From assembly GCF_009914755.1 (NCBI RefSeq), contig NC_060929.1: a DNA stretch of 64,000 nucleotides. One strand, given 5' to 3'. Positions 1-13,006 of the stretch are shown here, piece after piece; position 1 is the first letter of the stretch, and every line of letters starts with the position of its first letter. This DNA is from the human T2T-CHM13v2.0 reference genome, Homo sapiens. The position numbers and the translations under genes were made by a program. The notes under the pieces were generated by a model. That model had not been told where the DNA came from. It ran no database searches and saw nothing but the letters and a program-made list of their open reading frames with translations.

Positions 1-304
1 TTTTGTAATGTGCAACCATGATTTAGTATTTTTTTATTTATTTTAAATGCCCAGTACGATAAAAGACTGACAGTGGACACTAATCAAACAGAAAGATGAT
101 ATATACAATCTAGGTCATAGTACAGGGGAGTCACCCTTTATATTAAAATATCAAAGGAAGAATTCTATATCATATCATCTTTGAGCACCTATTTAAAATC
201 AAATTTCAGAATTCCAGATTTCTCTTCCTTTAAAAGAGAAAAGTTCTCTACATTGCTTATCATTACCAAGTTCTTACTTTATTTACTCGTTTTGTTTATT
301 GAAA

Positions 305-420
305 TCTTCCCTAATAGAATGTAAGCTCCATGGGACAGGGATTTTTCTCCTATCCCAAATTACTAAAAAAGTGCCTGGCACATAGAAGCTACTCAATAAA
401 TATCTGTAGAATGAATAAAG
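305..420 (+). mobile_element. L2 LINE 3' end relic
   Basis: Recognisable L2 terminus: 'tagaatgtaagctccatgggacaggga...gtgcctggcacatagaagctactcaataaatatctgtagaatgaat'. Confidence 0.75.
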
Positions 421-1349
421 GAAGGAATAATTCCTATTTTCAAAACAAGTCAGAAGAATGTTATTGATGTAATCTATATTATACATATGGAGAGATGCAC
501 ATATAGGAAATACATATATGTATAGGATACATAGGGAAATATATATAAAAATGGGATATATTATACATATCTATAAATATATATAAGCAAATAAAAGAAC
601 AAACTTTCATAAGGTCAATAAATGAACAAAACTTAATAATTATATCATAGGTCAATGGAATGTCCTGACATACTTCCTCAGTACTAAAGTGTATAAAATA
701 GCTTAGTATTTTGGAAATCAGACTGCATTTTTAAATTCATTTGTACATGTAATATGATGGCATTTTAATTGTTTTTCTCCTAATCTAAAGGCTATTAGTC
801 ATTTTATGGCCTGTGTGTCCCAATTGATGCTTTATTAGAATTGAGAAAGTATGTTCATTTGCTGCGTACTGATGATCAGTATCATGTTATTACCATACCA
901 TAACCATGGTAAACATCCCTGACACTGGCAATATGAATAGGTATGATGTCCAGAAGAAGGTACTTTCTTTGTAGAATTTTCTCAACAATTAAGATAGCTG
1001 CCCCTAGGTAGCTACTATATGTTGTTGTATAATGTGGTCCTGGGAGGTAGTTATTTTTAGATAATATTAGTTAAATAGGAAAGACTGAACTCAAATTTTA
1101 TTAATTTTATTGCAATATTTTTTAAAAAGCATAAAAATGCTAACTAAATAGCAGAAGAGCAGTAATTTTCTTTCATATTACCACACTAAATTTAAGTAAA
1201 ACACCAGTAGGATAGCAAAAAAAAAAAAAGAAACAGAAATATCCAGGTGCGAACTACTTCTGCTTTGATGGATGCTCAATGTGTTATGATGTTAGATGAT
1301 GAACACGGTATTTATTGAACACTCAGTATATATGGTGGGTTCTGTGAAA

Positions 1350-1480
1350 GGTGCTATTCATTTATTGTGATCCCTGCTTTGTGGATGAGGAGACTGAGAC
1401 TGAGAGAGTGAATAACTCATCCGGGGTCATGCTTACAGTCAGCATTAGAGCCAGGATTGGAATTAAGATGCCCCTTCATT
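1350..1480 (-). mobile_element. MIR SINE relic
   Basis: MIR core-like 'gatgaggagactgagactgagagagtgaataactcatccggggtcatgc...agagccaggattggaa'. Confidence 0.65.
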
Positions 1481-1566
1481 CAACTTCATTCAACTTGCTC
1501 TCTTCTTTACAGTGCTGGTTTAATTTGACAGCAGTCTAGGGCCAGTCCAGGAGCTACCTGCAGGAG

Positions 1567-1770
1567 CAAGACCAGATTCATAGACATGCAACCTGTATAG
1601 TCCCACTTAGAACCCCCCTGATACCCGCTCCTATCCTCACTGCATTCCCTTCCCCCAACCAGTTTAAGGCTCTGCTATCACTATTTTGACAATTTGAAAT
1701 TCTTAGTAACTTTGAATAAGCAAACTTGCATTTTCGTTTTACACTGAACTTTGCAAATTAAATAACCAAT
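1567..1770 (+). mobile_element. MER91A-like hAT-Tip100 non-autonomous DNA transposon
   Basis: Resembles recalled MER91A: 'ttcatagacatgcaacctgtatagtc...gctctgct...ttgaaattcttagtaactttgaataag...tgcattttcgttttacactg...gcaaatta'. Confidence 0.55.
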
Positions 1771-2149
1771 TCTATTCAGTATAGAAATTCCACAGAATAC
1801 TTTCACCTTGATTATTGCTTATTGAATTATTTTCCTTTTGAAAAAGATAATCCAAGCAGACTGAATTTTCCTCCGTATAGGGGTATGAATTAGCAACTTG
1901 TTCCTGTAATCCCATTTCTAATCTACATAATTTCAAACTGACTCTATTAGGCATAGACTCTTTGGTCAGTTTTTTTTTGGGATCTTTAGTCCCTCTTAAG
2001 GTTGACCTATGGATTAACCCTTTTATTTTTCTCTTTTTCAGAAGGCTTATCACAGGGTTCTCTCTTTCTTCAGCTAATTTCCTCCCTCAGATTGTGATTG
2101 AGGCTGTTAATTCAATTATTCATTAAAAAGTAATGAAAAAAATACTTAC

Positions 2150-2331
2150 TGCAAAGGTTGCACACTGTCACCAGCACACTCTTCAAAGACCAGTTGCAAT
2201 TCGACCTTTTGATCAGAAGAAATGCACCAACCTGATGCTGCACTTGCTCTTCCAGTTGTTCCTGTTATATTATTTATTTCCTCTCTTTTTGACCAGCTGG
2301 AGTTATAATATGCTTTGAGTCGCTAAAGGGG
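2150..2331 (-). other. Candidate minus-strand exon
   Basis: Minus strand: pyrimidine tract 'tttctcttgctttcttaaaag' (exon start 2331; second AG gives start 2322) and donor GCA|GTAAGT at 2149-2144. From 2322 the 173 nt are open in phase 0 (RLKAYYNSSWSKREEINNITGTTGRASAASGWC...). No homology recognised. Confidence 0.25.
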
Positions 2332-3336
2332 CTTTTAAGAAAGCAAGAGAAATGCATTTATGTCATATGGAGGTTGCGTGCTAATTACTAATCTGACAGG
2401 GTGTAATAACAGTACGAAAGCATCAGTAAGAGAAAAAAATGAGCAGAATATGCAATTATCTTATGAAAGAGTTTCTTTCCTGGAGGGAGAAATCTGCATG
2501 TTTACCATCTGTAACAAAGGAGATGTGAACTACATAAGTGAATTACCCCAGCTCTGAGTTCATGTGTATATGTAATGGGATGAACTTGAAATGACATTAA
2601 GTAATTTCATTATTGTCAAAAAATACAAATAAAGAACACTAAAAGGCATGACTAATATAGTGAACTCCAAAGATGGATTTTCAAAGTTTTTTCAAAGGGC
2701 TACAGTAATTTATATGAGAAATCAAATGTGATATAAAGTAATATACATTTTCCCAGATTACAAAAATATATATTGCATAAAGCTATCATTATTCTTCATA
2801 ACACATGTGAACAGAATATCCACAATATGCTGTAAGGAAAAGGAATCAGTCCATTAACACTGCAGCCTAAGAGTCAGAAGTTTCATTTCTCATGGCACAT
2901 TTAGCCACAGAGTTAAATAATCTGGAAAATGACTCTGGTTAATATTTAGAAAGAGTCTTACTTTAAATGACCATAGTGCAAAACGGTTTTCATGCCAGCC
3001 TCAAACATAACATTTAAGTGTTTACCTGAGTCTCTGTAAGTCTCTTTCAAGGACTTTCCAAAAAAAGAAAAAGAAAAATACTCTTCCCCAAAAAGTTGCC
3101 ATGTTAATAGAGAATAGAAATATTACTTCAATAATACAATCTAATATTTCTCCATCCTTAAAAGTACAAATTTTTGTCTTTCTGTTTCTAACATTCAGGA
3201 TGCTAAATAATCCATATGGCTATATGTTTACTCTTTTAATGAGAATGAATGTACTTTAAAGATATGGAGACACAGACATGTATTAATCTTAACTGGTCTG
3301 TGAATCCTAACAGCTAGTAGTATCGCATCTCTCTTT

Positions 3337-3805
3337 TGTAGGGTCAGAACAACTCCACCTCTATCCTCTTAGCATTCCGATTGGGTCTGAGAATTAAATT
3401 TACAAAAATTAGATTAACAAGAGAAAAGCAAAATGTAAGTTTTATATGGCATGTGAGCCCTCATAAAAAAAAGGAAGACCTAAAGAAGCAGTTAGAATCT
3501 ATTACTTATATATAGTGAATAAGACAAAGAGTAGTAAAAGTGAAGAAGCAACTAAATTATATGTGGAGACTTCAGAGTTATATTAGCAATGTCTGCATAG
3601 AATTCTCTCAGTTTCGACTTCCCGTCCTTGAGGATAAGGACGTTGCCTCTTTCTAATATAGGAAGAGCACCTTTCACATGGGAATTTCTTGTTCTGCTTT
3701 TGAGAAACAGCACAAGGTCAATGTGATCTTTTCACATCTGCTATTTTTCAAGTGTCTTTAACTTAAGTCGTCAATATGCAGGAATAGCACATTTTAACCC
3801 CTTCA
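3337..3805 (-). mobile_element. Solo ERV1-class LTR (MER31/MER34/MER67-group-like)
   Basis: TG...CA bounded ~470-bp unit ('tgtagggtcag...aaccccttca') with the motif 'gaattaaatttacaaaaattagattaacaagagaaaagca' that I associate with this LTR group. Subfamily uncertain. Confidence 0.55.
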
Positions 3806-4818
3806 CCATCCACCTAGAGCACTCAGACAGCTGCAGAGAACTGTTCAAAAGATTATGCTTTAGCTTGGGCTACATGCCAGAACAATGATTAAAAGATTGG
3901 AAGACAAGCATATTTAGGAAAAAGAAGTGCCTTAAATTACCTATGCTGTTGTTGCCTTTACTCTTTCTTTCTCCTGAGATTATTTCATGACTTCAAGTAT
4001 GCCTTGCATGCTTATTTAATTTTGTAATATTTTTGTTTTGTAATTTTTAAAAAAACGTATGAAATATAAGTCAAACATTAATTGTATTTAGTAGATGTCT
4101 CTGAGCTCTAATGTAAATGACTTGTGGTGTGGTGCCTCAGAGGAGCATTCTTCCCTTACACACTGTCCATACGTGACATCAGTTTATTAGGTTGGTGCAA
4201 ATGTAATTGCGGTTGGACTGTGAATTTTAAATCATTATAACTAGGCTCAAACACATCTTTATTAGTCAAAATAACAACCATTACAATCCACACCTTTTTG
4301 CCAGCAAGAAATAAGTTTGTTTGTTCTTGTAGTGTAAAAATCATGCTTTGGGACTTGACGAACTCTTGGAAAGCATGTTCGCCATCCTGCTGGTTATGGA
4401 AGCATTTTTCCTGACAAAAGTTGTCGCGATACTTGAAGAGGTGGTATTCAGTTGGTGAGAAGTCATGTGAATATGGTGGATGAGGCAAAACTTTGTAACC
4501 CAATTCATTCAACTTTTGAAACATTGGTTGTGCAACGAACGTGTGGTCAGGCATTGTCATGGAGAAGAATTGGGCCCTTTCTGTTGACCAACGCCGGCTG
4601 CGGGCATTGCAGTTTTCAGTGCGTTTCATCAATCTGTTGTGCATACTTTTCAGATATAGTGGTTTCACCAGGATTCAGAAACTGTAGTGGATCAGACTGG
4701 CAGCAGACCACCAAACAGGGACCATGACCTTTTCTTGGTGCAAGTTTGGCTTTGAGACGTACTTTGGAGCCTCTTGTTGGTCCAAACACTGAGCTGGTCA
4801 TTGCTGGTTGCCGTATAA

Positions 4819-5160
<342 letters not shown>

Positions 5161-5588
5161 ACTCATGTCACATCTTATCGAAAAATGGTTCATTGTTGTT
5201 GCATAGAATAAGAGAAGACAACACTTCAAGACAATGATTTCTTTGATTTTCACTCAGCTCTTGAGGCACCCAATTATGGAGCTTTTTCACCTTTCCAATT
5301 TGCTTCAAATGCTGAATGACCATAGAATGGTAGACGTTGAATTCTTCAGCAACTTCTCGTGTAACTGTAAGAGGATCGCCTTCAACGATTGCTCTCAATT
5401 GGTTGTTGTCAACTTCCAATGGCCTGCCACTACACTCCTCATCTTTAAGGCTCTCCTCCTTTTCAAAACTTCTTGACCCACCACTGCACTGTACGTTCCT
5501 TAGCAGTTCCTGGACTAAATGTGTTGTTGATGTTGTGAGTTGTCTCCGCTGCTTTATGACCCATTTTGAACTCAAATAAGAAAATCGC

Positions 5589-5890
5589 GGCTGGGCGTGG
5601 TGGCTCATGCCTGTAATCCCAGCACTTTGGGAGGCTGAGGCGGGCAGATCACGAGGTCAGGAGATCGAGACCATCCTGGCCAACATGGTGAAACCTGTCT
5701 CTACTAAAAATGCAAAAATTAGCTGAGCGTGGTGGCGGGCGCCTGTAGTCCAGCTACTCAGGAGGCTGAGGCAGGAGAATAGCTTGAACCAGGGAGTTAG
5801 AGGTTGCAGTGAGCCAAGATCATGCCACTGTACTCCAGCCTGATGACATAGCAAGACTCTGTCTCAAAAAAAAAAAAAAAAAAAAGAGAG
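5589..5890 (+). mobile_element. AluSc-like element inserted in Hsmar1
   Basis: Full Alu with 'gatcacgaggtcaggagatcgagaccatcctggccaac' and a poly-A tail; 'aaaatc' duplicated on both flanks. Confidence 0.95.
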
Positions 5891-6108
5891 AAAAAAATCA
5901 CTCAGATTTGCTTTTTGTCTAACATCATTTCCATAGTCTAAAATAAATATAAAATAAACAACAAGTAATAAGTCATCAGCAAAATAAAGTGAGAAATGCA
6001 CATTAAAATGATATAAACATAACCACATTTATTTGAGAATGTGTTCCGATATCAAACAGCAAATTTCAGCAATGCAAAAACTGCAATTACTCTTTCACCA
6101 ACCTGCAC

Positions 6109-6440
6109 CATCTGCATTTTCCACAGAAAATGTTTCTGAGAAGAAAACAAAAATAATATTATCTGAAAATAATTTATAAAGCAGTTTTTACATTGTAATT
6201 CCATCTTTGGGTATTATTTTTTCTTTGGGCTGATGTATGTCATCTTCTAATCCCACATATGTCTAATTCTTATTCTAGTATTGCTGTACAATTCATAATT
6301 TGAAAAATTACTTAAATATATGCATTTACTATAATAGCCCTGAAATGTGAAAAAAAAGCAGTACCCAGTATAGCTTATGCAACATGACATAAGTTTTATA
6401 AAAAGTACATGTAAACATGCATAAAGAAATCCAGAAACAT
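6109..6440 (+). repeat. Local duplicate, copy A (of 13007-13336)
   Basis: Colinear direct alignment with 13007-13336; about 52 differences over ~332 nt by manual count (~84% identity). Confidence 0.9.
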
Positions 6441-9353
6441 GTATTATATACAAAAAGATGTGATGTATCCAGTGGAGTTTAATCCTACCAGTGTTATCAC
6501 CATTTGTAAACATTTGGAAGACTGGGATCCGATCTGCTCAACTAGAGTTTTTAAGTGACTAGGATGGATCACTGCTTATTAAGCACACAATATAAAAAAG
6601 ACATGTTTGTCTTGCTTGGTTGATTTCATGCTCGTAGAGTAAGCGAAAAGGAAATGCACCATCAGGCAGGTGAACAGTATTCCTCATATGTGAACCTTTT
6701 GAGAACTGGATGAGTTTTTAGTTATCCCGTATTATGTTTCTCATGTTTCATTACTTTCTTTTATTGAGTCTGGTCTCTTGAAAGTTTCTCTCTGAATATA
6801 TTTAAGGATGAACTCATTGACGTTTTTTTCTTCCATTCATCTAGATTATTCAGCATCTTGGAAATAATGACAGGAAATAAGTGTGATTCTAATTTCAATA
6901 TTGCTTTATTGATAAAACTTTACATTTACTTCAACTTCATTTTATTGATGACAATGGATATTTCACGAAGATGTACACGAGTCATCCCCTAGCCCAGTGA
7001 TAAAGTGGGAGAAGGTGAAAATGCAATAATTTCATTCCTCCTTTCCTTCTGCACCAATTCCCAATCCCCTTAGAATTTTATTGTGCTATGTAAAAAAGGA
7101 CACATAGGGCTTCACATAGGTGAGGCATAATTTCCTTTCTGAATTTTTGAACATTTGAACTGTTTCATTCCCCAGAATATTCACCGTGGCATCACTTTTG
7201 AGGCTCTAGCTGTCTCACATTGTGATGTTTCTTGCCCAAGCTCAAGTTTTGTACTATGCCTTATTTTCCTGTGATCACCTTCATATGAATGTTTCAAGGA
7301 TGTTTATAATTACGTCAGTAATAAGGGCTGAATATTATCACTCCTTCAGTCAAAAACTATTTTTGAACATCAGAAAAGCTTGATTTATATCATGTATTAG
7401 TGTATTTATTTTGAAAAATAGAACTGCTTAAACCTGATAAATAGCTTTTTGTGTAGTATAAGCCACATTTCTGATTATCATATTCTATTACTATAACATG
7501 ATTTTTGGCAAGAAATTACTTATTAAACATAGTCAAAAGTCCACTACTGAGAGTGGTGACATAGAACAGTTTTATTATTGTGCTTAGTATACTGCCACCT
7601 ATTTTGTTGCAGGTGAAATTCATTAAGAAAATTAGAGAATTTCAACTGTCATGTCATGAAAGAGGCAAAAATTTTTTCAGCTAATATCTGATTTCCTTAA
7701 AAATTTACTATCTTTTGAAATATCGTGGTCTATCTCTGTAGATTATGACACCCATTCTGTAGACTCAGAATTTATCTTCCTGTTCAAATTTGAGTAATGC
7801 CAAAATGTTTTCCAATGAAAAGCAAGATATTTAATAAGATTGTTTGTTGAGAACTGAGTATTAATATATTCTAAAAGTCTTTTTAGAACTCTATTTAGAA
7901 TTTTAGAAATAATGTAGTCAAAAGATTCTTTGCCTACATTATTTCATTTGATTTCCAATGGAATCCCATAGCAACTGTATTATTGTCCCCACTTCACAAG
8001 AAATGCAGATTCATATACAGTAAAAGGTAGGGCCAAATCCAAAATATATGCTCATCTTACAATTGTGTGATTATTAATGAGCAACATAATTAGTGATGCA
8101 TACTTTATTCATGGTATTTTTTGTTTTCAATATAATGGAAGAAAATGTTACTCCAAAAAAAATTGATCACAGCTTAATGTTTCTCTTATGAGATCTTCCT
8201 TCTATTTTTATCTTATCTATTCACTTTTTAAAAAACCCTTCTATATTCTCTACTCCATCTCAGGGCTCATCTCTACATCATAGTTTTCCAGGTACATTGC
8301 CCACTTAAAATATGTTCATTTTGTTATTAATTCTGAGTTCATATTCTCAAGAGAAGAAAGCTGATAGGCTAAATTCATATTTTGGTGTGATATCAGGACA
8401 TAATGGCACTGGTCGATCTGTTTGTTCTGTTGTTGCCTCTGAGTTACATTTGTTTCTGGTACAATCAGCTTAGGTTGAATATAGAGGACCATGTGGCAAG
8501 CATTGTTACCTAAAATTTACCCCCTTCACTAGGTATCTATACGATGATCATGGACGCCTGGCATAACCAATGGGAAAGAGGGGGTTAGGTGAGCAGATGA
8601 TGGGTGAATATTTTTCTGATATTTATCATGATAAAACTTAATCAGGAATGTCATATTTTAAAATGATAAACTGCATTAAAAGACACAGCACTGCTAGGAA
8701 TGACAAATGGCAAATGCTTCTTTCAGGGCTCAATTTTTATTTGATACTGAGAGCTTATACTGCCACTCAGATAAGCTCAGTACAGAAAACTTTCAAAATG
8801 GAATCCTTTGTAATTCCTGGAAATTCCCTGGGAGGACCTCTGGATGAGGATACTTGACTGTTACCTAAATCTTCTTCCATTTCTACAATTTATATTCTTA
8901 GTTGCATTTCTTTAAGATTTTGTACTACAGAACACTTTAAAGTATAAGCACAGCATTTTTGCTGTTCTAGTACGAACTTGACTTTTTTTATCTGAAGAGC
9001 AGAGATCGAGAAATGTAAGCAGTTTGTAAAAGGTCATCTAACCAAGAAGAGCTATGAATTCAAATACTTGTATTATCAGATCTGTTAGTTTTTCTTAAAC
9101 CACCCTTCTTCTATCCAAAGCTAAATTTAAAAATATTCTAAATAATTGGACACACCTATTATTCAATTTGTTTGGAAACAAAGTGAACTAACCGAATACT
9201 CTGATTTCTGAAAATATTTTATATATCAACTCTTTGGGTAGTTAATTTTCAATATTGAGGAAACAGTAAGCTATATTATAATGAAAACCAAAACTTGTTT
9301 GAAATCTTTCTTTGATACATAAGGAACTCCAGTGATACTTTTATGAACATTTT

Positions 9354-11956
9354 TGCTGTGTTCAGAGTGCTTCTTCTTCCACAATTTTAAATTGAAACCT
9401 AATTTCTGATGTGGCAGTATTAAGAGGTAGGGCCTTTAGGAGGTGATTAGATTATGAAGTCTCTGCCTTTATAAAGGGGGCAGTGTCCTTATAAAAGAGG
9501 CTTGAGTGAGACCTTTTGCCCTTCCACCATGTGCGAACACAGCTAAAAGGCACTGTCTAGGAGAAGCAGACCCTTACCAGACTCTGAATCTGCTGGTGCT
9601 TTGATTTGGACTTTCCAGTCTTCAGAACTGTGAGCAGTAAGTTTTTATTGTTTATAAATTACCAAGTTGATGGTATTTTGCTATAACAGCCAAAATGGAC
9701 TAAGACAGAAATTGGTACAAAGAAATGGGGGTACTGTATTTGCTGTAAGAAATACCTTGAAATGTGGAGTGGCCTTGGAACTGGTTAATTGGTGGAGGCT
9801 GGAGGTACATACTAGAAAAAGCCTACATCATCATGAATGGAGCATTAAGGGCGATTTGGGTGAGGGCTCAGAAGAGAGCTATAGAGAAACTCTCAGTCTT
9901 CTTAAGAGATTGCCTGAGTGGTAATGATCAGAATGTTTGTAGGCATATGGATAGGGAAGACTATTCTGGTGAAGTTTCAGCTGCAACCAAGGAACATGTT
10001 ATTGGAAACTGAAGGAAAGGCCATCCTTTTTATAAAGTGGCAAAGAACTTGGTTGAATCATGTTAGTGCTCTAGCGCTTTGCGGAAGTGATGAAATTGGA
10101 TAGTTAGCAGAATAAATATCTAAGCAAGGTATTGAGAGGTTGAGGGTATGGCGTGGTCTCTCTTGACTATTTACAGTAAAAGGGAAGAAGAGAGAACAAA
10201 TTAAAAGTGGAATTTATAATGAAAAGGAATCTGTATTTAAGATTTGAAAAATTCTTAGCCTGACCATGTTGTAAAGTATGAAAAAGGGAGTTTCAGAGAG
10301 AACACCAAGGACCTGGCCAAGCAAACCTTGCGAGCAACTCTTGATTAAGGAGATTTGTATGAATAGAAAGAATCTAGGTGCTGCTCCTCAGAAAAAATAA
10401 AGAATGACCCTGGGCCAGGCATGGTGGCTCACACCTTTAATTCCAGCACTTTGGGAGGCTGAGGCAGGCAGATCACTTGAGGCCAGGAGTTCAAGACCAG
10501 CCTGGCCAACATGGTAAACCCTGTCTCTACTAAAAATACAAAAAATTAGCCAGGTGTGGTGGCACATGCCTGTGGTCCCAGCTACTCATGAGGCTGAAGT
10601 GTGAGAATCACTTGAACCTGGGATGCAGAGGTTACAGAGAGCCAAGATTGTGAATTGTGCTACTGCATTCCAGCCTGGGCTACAGAGTGAGACTCTGTCT
10701 CAAAAAACAAAAACAAACAAACAAACAAACAAACAAAAAACAAAAACCAGAATGACCCTGAAGGCATTTCAGAGAGCTTCAGGACTACCTTTCCCATCAC
10801 AGGCCCAGAATTCCAGGGTCTTCAGAGGCAGAGTGATTTGAAGGGTCTTACCCCCACCTGTGACTCCAGCAGGTAGAAGTTCACTTCCAGCTGCCCCTCC
10901 AGAGGGCACATGTAATTTACCTTGATAGTGTTTGAAAGGTGCTATTTCTGTTGGCATGCAGAGTACACAAGCTCTAGGCACATAATTATCTCCACTTAGG
11001 TTTCAAATAATACTCCAGAGAGACTTGAAGCTTAAGAATAATCTCTGACTTGATGTCAACCTTCCAAACAAACTGGGGTGGTAAATGGGCCCTCAAGTCT
11101 CCTGGCAGCCATGTCCCCATGGTTTTGCTGGGCACAGCTCATGCAGCAGCTCTGATACATGGAAGTCACACTCCTGCATCTCTCCCAGGCAGGAGTTGCA
11201 CACTGGTAGCTCTACTGGTCTCTTGTCTTGGGAATATCCTTCCCTCCACAGTTCTCCTGGGCCTGTTGTTTGCCCTGTTGGATTTTGGACTTTCATGAGA
11301 CCAGGTACCTCTTGCTTTCTTACTATTTCTCACTTTTGAAATGGGAATGTCTATTTATGTCTGCTTCACCATTGTATTTTAGAAACATATCACTTGTTTG
11401 ATTTCTCAAGCTCACAGCTGGGAAGAAATTTGCTTCAGAATGAATCACAACCTTAAGTTTCACTCATATCTTATTTAGATGATATTTAGATGCATCTTTG
11501 GACTTAGACTTTAAAGTTGATGCTGGAATAAGATAAGACTTTTGGAGTATTTGAATGAAGTAAATGTATTTTGCAAATAAGAAGGAAGTTAACTTTGGGG
11601 GACCAGGGACAGAATGCTGTGATTTTAATGCTTATCCCCTAAAATTTATAGATTAACACTTAATCCTCAAGTGACAGTATTAATAAATTAAGCTTTTAAG
11701 AGGTGATTGGGTCAGGAGGGCTCTTCCCTCCTGAATATGATTTCTTCCCTAATAAAAGAGGATTGAGGGAGACCTTTTGCCCTTCTGCCATGTGAGGTGC
11801 TGTTTAGAGCAACTGACTCTCACCAAACACTAAATCTGCTGGTTACTTGATCTTGGACTTCCCAGCCTCCAGAACTGTAAGTAATAAATATCTATTTTTT
11901 TGTAAATTACCCAGTCTAAGGAATTTTGTTATAGCACCCCAAACAGTTCTAAGACA
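9354..11956 (+). mobile_element. Complete MLT1A/MLT1A0-type MaLR element (LTR 9354-9707, internal 9708-11614, LTR 11615-11956)
   Basis: Both LTRs start 'tgctgtg' and end 'ctaagaca' and share 'gagaccttttgcccttc'. The internal region begins 'gaaattggtac' (MaLR PBS-like) and ends in a purine tract 'ggggaccagggacagaa'. Confidence 0.85.
10413..10748 (+). mobile_element. AluS (Sz/Sx-like) inside the MaLR internal region, with (CAAA)n tail
   Basis: Full Alu; perfect 12-bp TSD 'agaatgaccctg' at 10401-10412 and 10749-10760. Confidence 0.95.
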
Positions 11957-12365
11957 ACCTTTGAATCCAGAAAACTGGATTCAGTCTATGCATAACCCAG
12001 AAGCAGTTTTTGTTTTCAGTGAATACTTAAATACTTAAGTTTTCTTACTTGTCGTTCATCCTTTTTGCATACAAGTGAAGTGCAGAAATTTTCACTTGCA
12101 TAGCCCCTGTATATCTGTTCAACTTAGCTTGTTCTTAAGGATCACATAGGGGACAAAATGAAAGAATATAGAAGTGTGTGCTATCAGCTGTGCAAGTTTT
12201 CACTTTCCTGATTCTGGAATCTGCAGTAGGTTCCATGGGTCCCTGGAAAAGTTCTTGGCCACATCTAAGTCAGTAAATTGCTTCAGTAGGTTACACCCTT
12301 CTTTGTTGGCTTTCCATTTTTATGTCTCAAAGACAAGAGGTATATATTAATTTAAAAAATTGTAC

Positions 12366-12694
12366 TAGCACTGTCCAAAGTAATATAATGTGGGCCACAA
12401 ATGCATTTGTCGATTTTCTAGTAGCTACATTTCAAAAATAAATCCAATTAAATTAAAGATTAAGATAATTTTTAAAATATATTTTATTTGCCTAGTGTTC
12501 AAAAATATTTTCATTTCAAATAAAATCAATATGACATGATTAATGAAATATTTTATATTCCTTTCCTTCATACTAAGTCATTGAAATCCATGTGTATTTT
12601 ACTGTTATAACACTGTTCAGTTTGAACTTGCCCAATTTCACATTCCCAAATACCACATGTGGCTCCTGGCGAACATATTGGATGCTGCGGGTCT
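12366..12694. mobile_element. MER33/MER3-like hAT-Charlie element
   Basis: Termini 'gcactgtccaa' and 'ccacatgtggctcctggcgaacatattgga' are typical of MER33/MER3. Confidence 0.7.
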
Positions 12695-13006
12695 AAACTC
12701 TCACTTCTAATCATTTTCTGAGGCAAAGGAGTAGGAATGATTTTGCTATGACCAATTAATACATTATAGAAAAAGTTTACAGTGATCATTTTCACATACT
12801 GTAGTTTTATGTGTTAAGATATGTGGAAATCTTTTATGTAAATGCATATTACTAAATTATGACAGGAAATGAAAAAAAATTGACTATAGGCACTAAAGTA
12901 AGTAGAGGTATATTCATAAGATAATACCAAATTATCCAAATGATATTATAAACAAACACGACTATATAAATATAGCCCTTATATTATTAATTGAAAAAAA
13001 AGATGA

